IMG/VR virus record: IMGVR_UViG_3300006115_001097
Location: 1,223-65,222 of that record
From: a virus
Lineage: Duplodnaviria; Caudoviricetes
Length of the DNA: 64,000 nt
Strand: one strand, 5' to 3'
The notes beneath the pieces were generated by a model. It saw only the letters and a program-made list of their open reading frames with translations. It was not told the origin of the DNA and searched no databases. The translations under genes and the position numbers were made by a program. Positions 9,363 through 18,254 of this stretch are shown one piece after another (positions within the stretch are counted from its first letter, which is position 1; each line of letters opens with the position of its first letter).

Positions 9363-10316
9363 ATGAAACCAATTAATATTAAATGGGTATTAGCTCATGA
9401 ACCCATTGATATTTTTATCAGAGCTGCACAAGAATTTTCTAGAGTACTAGAACTTAAAGCACCAGGTCAAGTTAATATAGAAATCTTAACCTTAGGCGAG
9501 TACAGTCAAAAATACAATAATGGTGTTAAAGTTACTAAACAACAATTACTAGATTTAATGGAATCTGGAGCGATTGAAATGAGCCAGATGTACACTTATG
9601 TACTAAGCAAGTACAACAAAGATCTTGATGCATTAGATATGCCATTCTTGTTTGAAGACCACGATCATGCTGCTCGTGTATTTGAAGGACCGATTGGTCA
9701 AGAATTACTAGAAGGATATTCAAAGAACAGTAATATCAAGGGCATGGCATTTACTTACAGTGGCGGATTTATTAATTTGCCTTTTGGTAAAGACGTTAAA
9801 AATCTAAGCGATATTGCCGGAGCCAAAGTTCGTGTTAGTCGTAGCCCAGTTGCTGCTGCAACATGGGCCGCAGTAGGCGCTGAGCCAGTGCAAATGGAAG
9901 TCGAAGAAGTCACTGACGGCATTCGCGATGGTAAAATTGAAGGTGGCGAAAGTTCATGGCCACGAGTTTACTCTAGCAAACAAAACGAAGTAGCAAGTAC
10001 TATTATTGATAGCGATCATAGATTGTTATTAACCAATATTATTATCGATAACAAGTTCTTTAACAGTCTAGATGCTGACTTGCAAGCAGCAATGATGGAA
10101 TCTGCTATTGAAGCAGGACGTTTTGAGCGAGCTATCAGTGTAGCTGATGTTGAGCCAACTATTGCTCGTTGTAAACAAGATGGTATTAACGTTTTTAAAT
10201 TAAGCGAGCAAGACCGCGCCAAATTTAAAACAACCACAGAATCTTTATACGACCAATTTGAAGATTATTTCACCCCTGGGCTAGTAGCAAAGATTCAGCA
10301 AGCCAAATATAATTAA
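9363..10316 (+). CDS. dctP: TRAP transporter solute-binding protein (DctP family), no signal peptide
   Basis: GAIEM, LDMPFLFED.DHA.RV, KVRVS (Arg), GAEPVQM, ESSW; RBS favours ATG 9363. Confidence 0.85.
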   Translation: MKPINIKWVLAHEPIDIFIRAAQEFSRVLELKAPGQVNIEILTLGEYSQKYNNGVKVTKQQLLDLMESGAIEMSQMYTYVLSKYNKDLDALDMPFLFEDHDHAARVFEGPIGQELLEGYSKNSNIKGMAFTYSGGFINLPFGKDVKNLSDIAGAKVRVSRSPVAAATWAAVGAEPVQMEVEEVTDGIRDGKIEGGESSWPRVYSSKQNEVASTIIDSDHRLLLTNIIIDNKFFNSLDADLQAAMMESAIEAGRFERAISVADVEPTIARCKQDGINVFKLSEQDRAKFKTTTESLYDQFEDYFTPGLVAKIQQAKYN

Positions 10317-10328
10317 AGGAAACCAAAA

Positions 10329-11276
10329 ATGAGTAAACGCACAGTACGTTGGGTTTTGGCCCATGAACCAATCGAGTTGTTTATCCGTGCCGCAAAAGTA
10401 TTTGCTGCAGAAGTAAACGCAAAAGCACCAAATGAACTAGAAATTGAAGTTTTAACCATGAGCGAGTATGCTAACAAGTATAATAATGGTGTTGTAGTTA
10501 GCAAACACAGTCTAGTAGACTTATTAGACAGTGGCGCAATTGAAATGAGTCAGACTTACACAGTTACACTAGGTAACATCAATAAAGACTTTTGGGCCTT
10601 AGACTTACCATTCTTGTTTCAAGATCATGATCATGCAACTCGTGTATTTGAAGGCGCAGTTGGTCAAACTCTACTAAACAGTTTACAAGAGTCTAAAAAG
10701 ATTAAAGGCCTAGCATTTACATACTCAGGCGGATTCCGCATGATGGCCGGAAATGGCGTTGTAAACAAAATTGAAGACATGCGTGGAATGAAAGTTCGTA
10801 CAAGTTATAGCCCTGTTGCTATTGACACATTCAAAGCAGTTGGTGCTGAGCCAGTTGCAATGGAAATTGAAGAACTATCAGAAGGTTTAGCACAAGCCGA
10901 TGTTGTAGTTGGTGAAAGCACATATCCACGTGTTTATGCATTGGGACAAAACGCAGTAAGTAAAGTTATTAACCACACAGAACACAGTTTGTTCCTAACA
11001 ACTATTTTAATTGGTAGTGACTTCTGGAATAGCCTAAGCACAGAACTACAACAAGTAGTAAGTGATGCAGCACTAGTTGCCGCTAATTATGAGCGTAGCA
11101 TTAGCATTGATGATGTTAAATCAACTCAAGCTCGTGCACAAGCTGATGGCATTGAAATTGTAACAATGAGCAAAGCAGAACAACAACGTTTTGCCGAAGC
11201 TACTGCTATTGTGTATGACATGCACAAAAATACATTCTCTGCTGGCTTAGTAGATAAAATCCAACAAGCCAAATAA
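10329..11276 (+). CDS. dctP: TRAP transporter solute-binding protein (DctP family), no signal peptide
   Basis: LDLPFLFQDHDHA.RVF, GMKVRTS, GAEPVAM, GESTY; tandem paralog of 9363-10316. Confidence 0.85.
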   Translation: MSKRTVRWVLAHEPIELFIRAAKVFAAEVNAKAPNELEIEVLTMSEYANKYNNGVVVSKHSLVDLLDSGAIEMSQTYTVTLGNINKDFWALDLPFLFQDHDHATRVFEGAVGQTLLNSLQESKKIKGLAFTYSGGFRMMAGNGVVNKIEDMRGMKVRTSYSPVAIDTFKAVGAEPVAMEIEELSEGLAQADVVVGESTYPRVYALGQNAVSKVINHTEHSLFLTTILIGSDFWNSLSTELQQVVSDAALVAANYERSISIDDVKSTQARAQADGIEIVTMSKAEQQRFAEATAIVYDMHKNTFSAGLVDKIQQAK

Positions 11277-11299
11277 TTTAAACAAATTATTCAAATATG

Positions 11300-11339
11300 T
11301 GTGTAACAGGTTGACCCCTGTTCACATTTCGTGTAACAT
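11300..11339 (+). promoter_or_regulatory. Inverted repeat whose loop is a -35 box (TTGACC-17 bp-TAACAT)
   Basis: TGTGTAACAGG / CCTGTTCACA arms around TTGACC. Confidence 0.5.
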
Positions 11340-11361
11340 AGTAATTTAAAGGAAATCTCAA

Positions 11362-12270
11362 ATGAAAAAAATTCTAGCACTGCTGCTATGTGCGGTTGCC
11401 ACCATGTCATGGTCTGGCGAAACAGTTATGGTTGTCTACGGTTGGAGTCCTAGTGATGCTGCTGCTAATTTTCATAGAACAATTGTAGCCGAGGCAAATA
11501 AAATTCAAGACAAATATACATTTGTATTTGATTCAAAACCTGGAGCTGGCGCAAGTATTGCAGCTCAATATACATTGAATAATACAAATGTTATATTGGC
11601 CTCTAGCTCAGCGTTTTTTATTCGTCCTAATTTTTTCCCAAATGAAAGTTATGATATTAGAAAATTTAGAGAATTGCTACCAGAATGCAGCGCCCCGTTT
11701 TATGTTATTTCTAAAAAATATAAATCTTGGAAAGAAGTGCCTACTGATGCGCCATTAACCATTGGGGTCAGCGGACTAGGAATTACTACACATTTGGTTT
11801 CTACAGAGATTGCTAAAAAGTATCCCAATTTGCAAGTAATACCATTTAAAAGCACAACCGAAGTTGTAGTAAATGTTATTAGTGGTATCACTGATTTTGG
11901 TGTTAATTTTAATGGCGACAGTGAACAATATGTAAATTCAAATGACCCTAAAACCAAAATTTATGTATTAGGGGTCACTGGAGCTGTTCCTGATGGAAAA
12001 ATTCCCAACTTGACTAGTCTTGGATTTCCTGCGATATTAGATTCAATGAATTCCCCGGCCCAATTGATAGTTCCTGCTACACTGTCAGAATCCAAATTTA
12101 AAGAATGGAGAGAGATAATGGTTAAGGCATCTAAAACTGAAGCAACCAAATCTGCGTATCACGTAGATCATTGTGTTCCTCTGAATCTTCGAGATGATGA
12201 ATTAGATCCTTGGTTCACTAAACAAATTAATAATTGGAAACACATTGCCTCAGGGGTTACACTACAATAA
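11362..12270 (+). CDS. tctC: Bug/TctC-family substrate-binding protein with signal peptide
   Basis: Signal peptide MKKILALLLCAVATMSWS; SKPGAGASIAA, PFKS...V..V.SG..D. Confidence 0.8.
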   Translation: MKKILALLLCAVATMSWSGETVMVVYGWSPSDAAANFHRTIVAEANKIQDKYTFVFDSKPGAGASIAAQYTLNNTNVILASSSAFFIRPNFFPNESYDIRKFRELLPECSAPFYVISKKYKSWKEVPTDAPLTIGVSGLGITTHLVSTEIAKKYPNLQVIPFKSTTEVVVNVISGITDFGVNFNGDSEQYVNSNDPKTKIYVLGVTGAVPDGKIPNLTSLGFPAILDSMNSPAQLIVPATLSESKFKEWREIMVKASKTEATKSAYHVDHCVPLNLRDDELDPWFTKQINNWKHIASGVTLQ

Positions 12271-13535
12271 TGATAGAACAAAATCCTAAACTAGGCTATT
12301 ATCAAGTTGGGGATAAAATTTTTTATTCCAAGCCTCAAGCGTATATTGAAGCCAGTAAACATAATCTTTGGCCCAAATGGCATTTTAATTTAAAAACTTT
12401 TTTAACTTTTGATTGGGAAATCGAACCAGAAACCAATCTCAGAGAGTTGTACCGTATTCGTGCTCAACAAATACGAGACAAATATGACTGGATACGGGTG
12501 GAAGCCAGTGGCGGCGGAGATAGCACTACCGCAATATATAGTTTTTTACTAAATGGTATACATTTAGATGAAGTGGTATTTCGCTATCCCAAACAAGGCG
12601 AAAAAGATTTAGTTGGTAATCCCAAGGACACAAGGGCCGAAAATACACTAAGCGAATGGGATTTTGCTGCTAAACCGTTATTAAACTGGATTCAAACAAA
12701 TTATCCCATGGTCAAAATAACCGTACACGATTATAGCGATAATTTGATAAAAACTGACTATATGAAGGATGAGTCTTGGGTGTTTACTACTCGAGATTGG
12801 TTTCAACCAGGTCATGGAATTAAACATGATAATTTTGGCACTCGTGAGCATAAGCTATTAGCCGATTCGGGAAAAAAGATTGGCGTTGTATATGGCATTG
12901 ATAAACCCAAATTAACCATAGTAAATGATGAGTGGTATCTTTACTTCAATGATGTGCTAGCGAATCATCCAAATCCTGTTGTTAATGAGTATGAGAATAT
13001 TAGTTCAGAATTATTTTATTGGAGCCCTGAACTGCCCGAAATGTTGGCTAAACAAGCACATATGGTAAAATCATGGTTCAACATGCCCGGTAACGCACAT
13101 CTAAGAAATTTAGTAGCATGGCCAAATACTGATATTGCCCGAAGAACTGCATATGAAGCATTGGTTAAATCTATTGTATATCCCGATTACGATCATGAAA
13201 CATGGCAAACCATTAAACCAACTAATAGTTTTTATAATGAAATGGATCAGTGGTTTTATGATAACTTTTCAGATACAAAGTTATACTCTGCTTGGGAGTC
13301 GGGGTTAAAGTTTTTAACTGATAAAATAGATGACAGACTTTTATCTAAAAGAACAGGGCCCAATGGCACTAACGAGATAGTGGGACTTGCAATGATGACA
13401 AGCCCATTATATTACCTAGGACCCGTAACTAAACTTGAATCTAACCCAGCATTTATAAATCAAGCATATAAATCAATAGCTCAATATGATGTATTTTTAG
13501 TAAAAAACAAAAAAATCATTCAAACAAAGGTTTAA
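12270..13535 (+). CDS. PP-loop ATPase, paralog B
   Basis: ASGGGDS; NPKLGYY...FYSK start shared with paralog A; TAATG coupling sets the start at 12270. Confidence 0.7.
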   Translation: MIEQNPKLGYYQVGDKIFYSKPQAYIEASKHNLWPKWHFNLKTFLTFDWEIEPETNLRELYRIRAQQIRDKYDWIRVEASGGGDSTTAIYSFLLNGIHLDEVVFRYPKQGEKDLVGNPKDTRAENTLSEWDFAAKPLLNWIQTNYPMVKITVHDYSDNLIKTDYMKDESWVFTTRDWFQPGHGIKHDNFGTREHKLLADSGKKIGVVYGIDKPKLTIVNDEWYLYFNDVLANHPNPVVNEYENISSELFYWSPELPEMLAKQAHMVKSWFNMPGNAHLRNLVAWPNTDIARRTAYEALVKSIVYPDYDHETWQTIKPTNSFYNEMDQWFYDNFSDTKLYSAWESGLKFLTDKIDDRLLSKRTGPNGTNEIVGLAMMTSPLYYLGPVTKLESNPAFINQAYKSIAQYDVFLVKNKKIIQTKV

Positions 13536-13588
13536 ATTGCGTTTGGCTAATCACAACTAACTCTTAAAATTGTATAAATATTACAACT

Positions 13589-14146
13589 ATGCCAGCGAAT
13601 ATTAAAGAATTATTAGACAATACCAAAGAAATCTTCATGACAGATTCAGCAGTTAGCTCACTGCTGGATTTTGAGCGTGTAGTTGACGAACTTGATTTAT
13701 ATGCTTTCAAACACTGGAAACAGGGCGAGCTTGTTAAAGGCCCAGTATACGAAAAATATTTTGTATCTTGTACATTTATGTGGCCCTATAAAAAGATGCC
13801 CGATCCACGTGGAGCAGTTAGACTTACAGAATTTGGTTGTGAAGTAAACTATCGAGAAGATCACTTTGAACATCCCAAAAAAGTCAAAACACCTTACGAT
13901 TACCAACCTGGCACAAAAGTACCAAAACTGATCAAAAGTCCAATTTGGTTAGTTGAAATTGTTATGCCTAAAAAGCTAATGCAAGACATTGAGCAAGGTG
14001 CATTGGAATTAGCATCAGGCACAGTTGATATGGAAGACATTGATGATGCTTATCAAAGCGGAGTTGATGACCCTATCAATCAAGAACAACAAATTGATAA
14101 CACCTTAGGCGGAGAAGAAACCAATGCTGAACAACCAACACAGTAA
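13589..14146 (+). CDS. Conserved-looking late phage protein, function unknown
   Basis: 185-aa ORF directly after TATAAATA. Confidence 0.75.
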   Translation: MPANIKELLDNTKEIFMTDSAVSSLLDFERVVDELDLYAFKHWKQGELVKGPVYEKYFVSCTFMWPYKKMPDPRGAVRLTEFGCEVNYREDHFEHPKKVKTPYDYQPGTKVPKLIKSPIWLVEIVMPKKLMQDIEQGALELASGTVDMEDIDDAYQSGVDDPINQEQQIDNTLGGEETNAEQPTQ

Positions 14147-14684
14147 TATCAATGAAGGTCTCGAGCTTGGCGATTTAAAGCGACTGGTGCACCCCGAGTT
14201 ACACATCGATGAATTTAAAAGCAAGATCGGCGATGACAAAGACATGGTGGTATTGAGTTTTAAAGTTGCTGGCAAAGAACCAGCTATCGATCTTGTTAAC
14301 TTTCTTGAAAAAGGATATGATTGTGTAATTGATGCAGATACTAGCACTGGCGAAATGGATGATGGCGATTATCTAGTATTTGTCGAGATTACTCGAGACA
14401 AAAACGTACACAAAAACATAGAAACAATAATGAGCGATATGATGAATGTTACTGAACAAAAGCTCAGTGATTGGCGTGTACGTTATGCCAAGGATAATAA
14501 AGAAACTTACTTTAGCATTGAGTCTTTAGAAGAGTTAATTCCTTCTAGTCCTGAAGAGTACGAGGCCAAATTTGGCTCTCAAGACCTAGATGAAATGCGT
14601 AGTGCCGCTGGTTTACCGATACCAGCAAGAGCGCCAAATACAGAATACATAAGAAGTTTAAAGGCAGCTGCAGGAATACTATAA
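14124..14684 (+). CDS. Hypothetical phage protein
   Basis: 186-aa acidic ORF overlapping the previous gene. Confidence 0.75.
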   Translation: MLNNQHSNINEGLELGDLKRLVHPELHIDEFKSKIGDDKDMVVLSFKVAGKEPAIDLVNFLEKGYDCVIDADTSTGEMDDGDYLVFVEITRDKNVHKNIETIMSDMMNVTEQKLSDWRVRYAKDNKETYFSIESLEELIPSSPEEYEAKFGSQDLDEMRSAAGLPIPARAPNTEYIRSLKAAAGIL

Positions 14685-14692
14685 GTATTTCT

Positions 14693-15550
14693 ATGCTAGA
14701 AATCATTACCGTAGTTTTTGCTCAAGAACTACCCTTATTAAAAATACAAGCACATAGTATACAACAATACATCAATGATGTAGAACGTATCACCATTGTT
14801 ATTAACGACAACACTAATGTTGCATCCATGATTGATACACAGTGGTGGGGCAAATGGCATGATAAAGTCCGCATTGTTACTAGAGATAAGTGGAAATACT
14901 CAAGTCGTTTAACAGGATGGGAAGAACAACAATTACTCAAACTACTAGCTGCAAGCGAGGCTATTGCCCCTTGGAGCATGGTGTTAGATGCTAAAACTTG
15001 GTTCAAACAAATGTTTGACTCTAATGGTTTCTTTGACGAACAGGGTAGACCAAAAACTGGTGCTATTCGAGTATTTCCGGTATTTGAATCAAGCCAAAAA
15101 TTCATAGAAAAATACTATAATATCACCATGCCTGATGTACTTGGGCCAGCCGGAGTTCCTTTTATGTTTCACAGTGAAACTGTACGGGGATTGGTTAACG
15201 GCATTGATGATTTCATAGAGTTTTTTCAAACTAACGTAAAGTATCCCAATCTAATCACAGAGTTTCATCTTTATTCAGGATATGTTATCGCTCAATTTGG
15301 CAGTTATGAAGCATTGTATAATTTGACTCCGAGATATAATGTATTAAACATCGCCGATTATGAAGCTGACAGATTTGATCAAATGTTAACCGAGGCCGAG
15401 ACTCTCAAAAGATTATTAACAGTTAGCATACATAGAAAAACCTACAAACTATTGAGTGAATCCCAAATCCAACGTTGGGTTAAATTTCTATTAGATAACA
15501 GAATTATTACAAACGAACAAGAAACTATTTCTCTGCTAAATACTTTGTAA
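14693..15550 (+). CDS. Glycosyltransferase-like (GT-A-like) hypothetical protein
   Basis: EIITVV start, GWxEQQLLKL, MVLDAK (DxD-like). Confidence 0.5.
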   Translation: MLEIITVVFAQELPLLKIQAHSIQQYINDVERITIVINDNTNVASMIDTQWWGKWHDKVRIVTRDKWKYSSRLTGWEEQQLLKLLAASEAIAPWSMVLDAKTWFKQMFDSNGFFDEQGRPKTGAIRVFPVFESSQKFIEKYYNITMPDVLGPAGVPFMFHSETVRGLVNGIDDFIEFFQTNVKYPNLITEFHLYSGYVIAQFGSYEALYNLTPRYNVLNIADYEADRFDQMLTEAETLKRLLTVSIHRKTYKLLSESQIQRWVKFLLDNRIITNEQETISLLNTL

Positions 15551-15572
15551 CCTAAATTAGGGAGATTTTTCA

Positions 15573-16199
15573 ATGAGTTTTGAATTCGATTTTACCGCAA
15601 ACCACGTTCACCAATTACTAAATGGTAATCCACATGCCCAAAGTTGGTATGAGGCATTGTGCGATGAGTTACCAAAATACAAAATTACCACTAAAGAACG
15701 TGTTGCTATGTTCATGGCACAAACTGGGCACGAGAGCGGTAACTATACTGCTCTAGTAGAAAACTTAAACTACAAACCACAAGCACTAATGGCTATATGG
15801 AAAAAGCGTTTTCCTACTATGGAGATTGCCAATCAGTATGCACACAATCCTGAAAAGATTGCTAATAGAGCCTACTGTGATAGAATGGGCAATGGTAGTG
15901 AAGAGTCGGGCGATGGCTGGATGTTTCATGGACGTGGCCTAATACAACTTACCGGACGTAGTTTGTACGAGGCATTTGCAAGAGAAATAGGCAAAGGACT
16001 AGAAGAAACTGTTGCCTATTGCGAAACTCCCGATGGTGCTGTAGAGAGTGCTTGTTTCTTTTGGGAACACCATGGATTAAATGCAATCAGCGATGCTGGC
16101 GATATAGTACATGCCACTAAAGTAATTAATGGCGGTACACTGGGTATTGAAGATCGTACTGCTCGTTACAATCACGCAATACAGTTATTTGGTGCATAA
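15573..16199 (+). CDS. Endolysin, glycoside hydrolase family 19
   Basis: AMFMAQ.GHES, ENLNY, GRGLIQLTGR, TK.INGG..G.EDR motifs. Confidence 0.9.
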   Translation: MSFEFDFTANHVHQLLNGNPHAQSWYEALCDELPKYKITTKERVAMFMAQTGHESGNYTALVENLNYKPQALMAIWKKRFPTMEIANQYAHNPEKIANRAYCDRMGNGSEESGDGWMFHGRGLIQLTGRSLYEAFAREIGKGLEETVAYCETPDGAVESACFFWEHHGLNAISDAGDIVHATKVINGGTLGIEDRTARYNHAIQLFGA

Positions 16200-16654
16200 T
16201 GTTTGAGTTTATTATTCAACATATACTGGCACATTTGCCTGTTTGGTTCTGGCCCGCAGTTGCTGGCGCAGGAGCACTGGCATATTTCCTTGCAGGATTT
16301 TTAACACATTTCCCTGCACTAAAGATATATGGATGGTTATTTAAATTATTGGGTGCTATAGTATTTGTACTGGGCATTTTTATTTTTGGTGGCGCAGGAG
16401 TTACTGCTATATGGCAAGCACAGATTGAAGCGGCACAAGCACGAGTAGATGCCGCAGTGGTAGCAAGCAAAAGCGCCAATGACAAGTTGGCGCAAGTTCG
16501 TAAACAAAAGAATCAAGTTATTGTAAAACGTCAAGTTGTTATACAAGAACGTATTGTAAAAGATGCAGCCAAGATTGATGCAACGTGCAAAGTTGCTCCA
16601 GAAGCAATTAAAGATTTAAATGATGCCGCAGCTAATCCGGAGACAAAGAAATGA
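16199..16654 (+). CDS. Membrane protein, i-spanin-like
   Basis: N-terminal TM helices followed by a coiled coil; adjacent to the endolysin. Confidence 0.55.
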   Translation: MFEFIIQHILAHLPVWFWPAVAGAGALAYFLAGFLTHFPALKIYGWLFKLLGAIVFVLGIFIFGGAGVTAIWQAQIEAAQARVDAAVVASKSANDKLAQVRKQKNQVIVKRQVVIQERIVKDAAKIDATCKVAPEAIKDLNDAAANPETKK

Positions 16655-16926
16655 AATATCTCGTACCCGTTTTATTATTAGCCGGATGTAGCAGTTTCAA
16701 GGCACCTCCTGTCACAGTTGCTCCTCCATGGCCTGATGTTCCGCCAAGCATGATGGAATCATGTCCGGATTTAAAAACAGTTGACACTAATACCGACAAA
16801 CTAAGTGATGTGTTAACCGTAGTAACCGACAACTATACACAATATTATCTATGTGCCGGAAAGATGGATGACTGGAACAATTGGTATAACACACAAAAGA
16901 AAATTTACGAAAAGGCAGTAAAATGA
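16651..16926 (+). CDS. Lipoprotein, o-spanin-like
   Basis: Lipobox LLAGC, Pro-rich segment, two further Cys. Confidence 0.6.
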   Translation: MKYLVPVLLLAGCSSFKAPPVTVAPPWPDVPPSMMESCPDLKTVDTNTDKLSDVLTVVTDNYTQYYLCAGKMDDWNNWYNTQKKIYEKAVK

Positions 16927-17327
16927 AACGACTAATCTTTTTATTCATGATAGTATGTCTATCTGGTTGCGCGGCAGTGGATGCTCTTTTAATGGGCAAA
17001 TATGACAATAATGAATATCAATTGATAACAACTATACGTTATGATGCACAACTGGGTGTTGCCAATTGTGCCGATAGCGAGGCAGCAAAAGCCAGTGCTA
17101 ATCAAGTGGCGTATACAACAGGACTGTATGCACTATACGAAAGTGATCGAGCACACAACGAAGACAGTATCAAAGCTTCAAAGGCTTTAGATACAATAGC
17201 ACAAGAATTAAAGAAAAGATACAATAGCGGAGAAAAGATCAATGCATTGTACTGTAAACTTAAATTTGAAAGTATAGAAAATAGTGCAGGACTAATCCAA
17301 CACGTACAAGGAAAGAGACCATCATGA
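16923..17327 (+). CDS. Lipoprotein of unknown function
   Basis: Lipobox LSGC. Confidence 0.65.
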   Translation: MKRLIFLFMIVCLSGCAAVDALLMGKYDNNEYQLITTIRYDAQLGVANCADSEAAKASANQVAYTTGLYALYESDRAHNEDSIKASKALDTIAQELKKRYNSGEKINALYCKLKFESIENSAGLIQHVQGKRPS

Positions 17328-17584
17328 CACAAGACGATTTAAACAACCAGCTAGCCACTTTGATCAATAGTGGTGACGAACAGTTTGCCAATGCAGCACA
17401 ATTTGTGCAACAGGTAATACAACAAGTGCATTCAGGCGATATGCCTCCAGATCAAGCACAGGAAGTACTACAGGATGTACAACAACAACTAGCAGTAATT
17501 CAGGCCATGGAACAAATGGCCATGAAGGAAACTTTAAATACAGTTATAAACGGCGCAATTAGTTTAATTAGCGCACTAGGATAA
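17324..17584 (+). CDS. Hypothetical Gln-rich protein
   Basis: 86-aa ORF coupled by ATGA overlap. Confidence 0.65.
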   Translation: MTQDDLNNQLATLINSGDEQFANAAQFVQQVIQQVHSGDMPPDQAQEVLQDVQQQLAVIQAMEQMAMKETLNTVINGAISLISALG

Positions 17585-17594
17585 GGAAAACAAA

Positions 17595-18191
17595 ATGCCA
17601 AAATTAGATCCCGATGACGAAGGTCAACACCCAACAAGCGCAGACATAGCGGCGGCACAAACCAGCAAAGCCCCTAGTTTGTTTACAAGTAGTGCCCCTA
17701 CTCAGCCAGCTCCAATGGCGCAAACATCAGCACCCGTGTTTAATGCTACTCCTACACAATCCAATTTTGGATCAACTGCTCCCACTAGTGGGTTTAACAG
17801 TGGATTTGGAAATAGTCCAAGCACTGGATTTGGCGGTGGCTTTAACGCACAACGCCCACAACAAAACGCTCCAGATGCCAACACAACTGCTGCATTTGGT
17901 AATTTAATGGCCGCAAGTGAAGGCAAAGAGCCCGAACACTGGATGAAGAGTTTTTGGCGTCCAGCAATGGGTTGGTTGTATATGCTGATCTGTTTCATGG
18001 ACTTTGTGGCCTTTCCCATGATCAGCATGTTCTTGCCCATCATTGAAAAAGGTTTTGGAATACAAATGGGCTATACTGCATGGCAAAGCCTAACACTCAG
18101 CAACGGTGGACTTATCCACTTGGCGTTTGGTGGTATATTAGGCGTAAGTGCTTTTGGTAGAACAATGGAAAAGAAAGCCGGCGCAGCGTAG
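17595..18191 (+). CDS. Holin-like membrane protein with a low-complexity N-terminus
   Basis: WRPAMGW.Y...C..DF and G.LG..A.GRT.EK resemble 3TM/GTA-type holins; located at the end of the lysis cassette. Confidence 0.6.
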   Translation: MPKLDPDDEGQHPTSADIAAAQTSKAPSLFTSSAPTQPAPMAQTSAPVFNATPTQSNFGSTAPTSGFNSGFGNSPSTGFGGGFNAQRPQQNAPDANTTAAFGNLMAASEGKEPEHWMKSFWRPAMGWLYMLICFMDFVAFPMISMFLPIIEKGFGIQMGYTAWQSLTLSNGGLIHLAFGGILGVSAFGRTMEKKAGAA

Positions 18192-18208
18192 TCAAACAAC
18201 TACAAACT

Positions 18209-18240
18209 AACCGGATAGTTTGACTCTATCCGGTTTTTCA
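18209..18240 (+). terminator. Intrinsic terminator after the lysis cassette
   Basis: Perfect 10-bp stem AACCGGATAG/CTATCCGGTT followed by a T run. Confidence 0.8.
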
Positions 18241-18248
18241 TTTATAAT
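18220..18248 (+). promoter_or_regulatory. Sigma70-type promoter for dnaJ-clpA, with the -35 box in the terminator loop
   Basis: TTGACT-17 bp-TATAAT. Confidence 0.75.
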
Positions 18249-18254
18249 TATAAT

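Noticed and set aside
9224-9376. A TTG-started 50-codon leader peptide (LLNNYSNAGFPDVGF...)
   Set aside because: It has no RBS and its start lies upstream of or within the late promoter; the structured-RNA reading fits better, though the ORF is not formally excluded
8037-13535. The SGGxDS proteins as the missing QueC
   Set aside because: They are about 400 aa, lack the QueC C-terminal Zn-Cys motif and lie more than 30 kb from the dpd locus
9363-13535. Diversity-generating retroelement or recent tandem duplication among the paralogs
   Set aside because: The paralogs are diverged throughout, there is no adenine-specific TR/VR pair, and there is no reverse transcriptase
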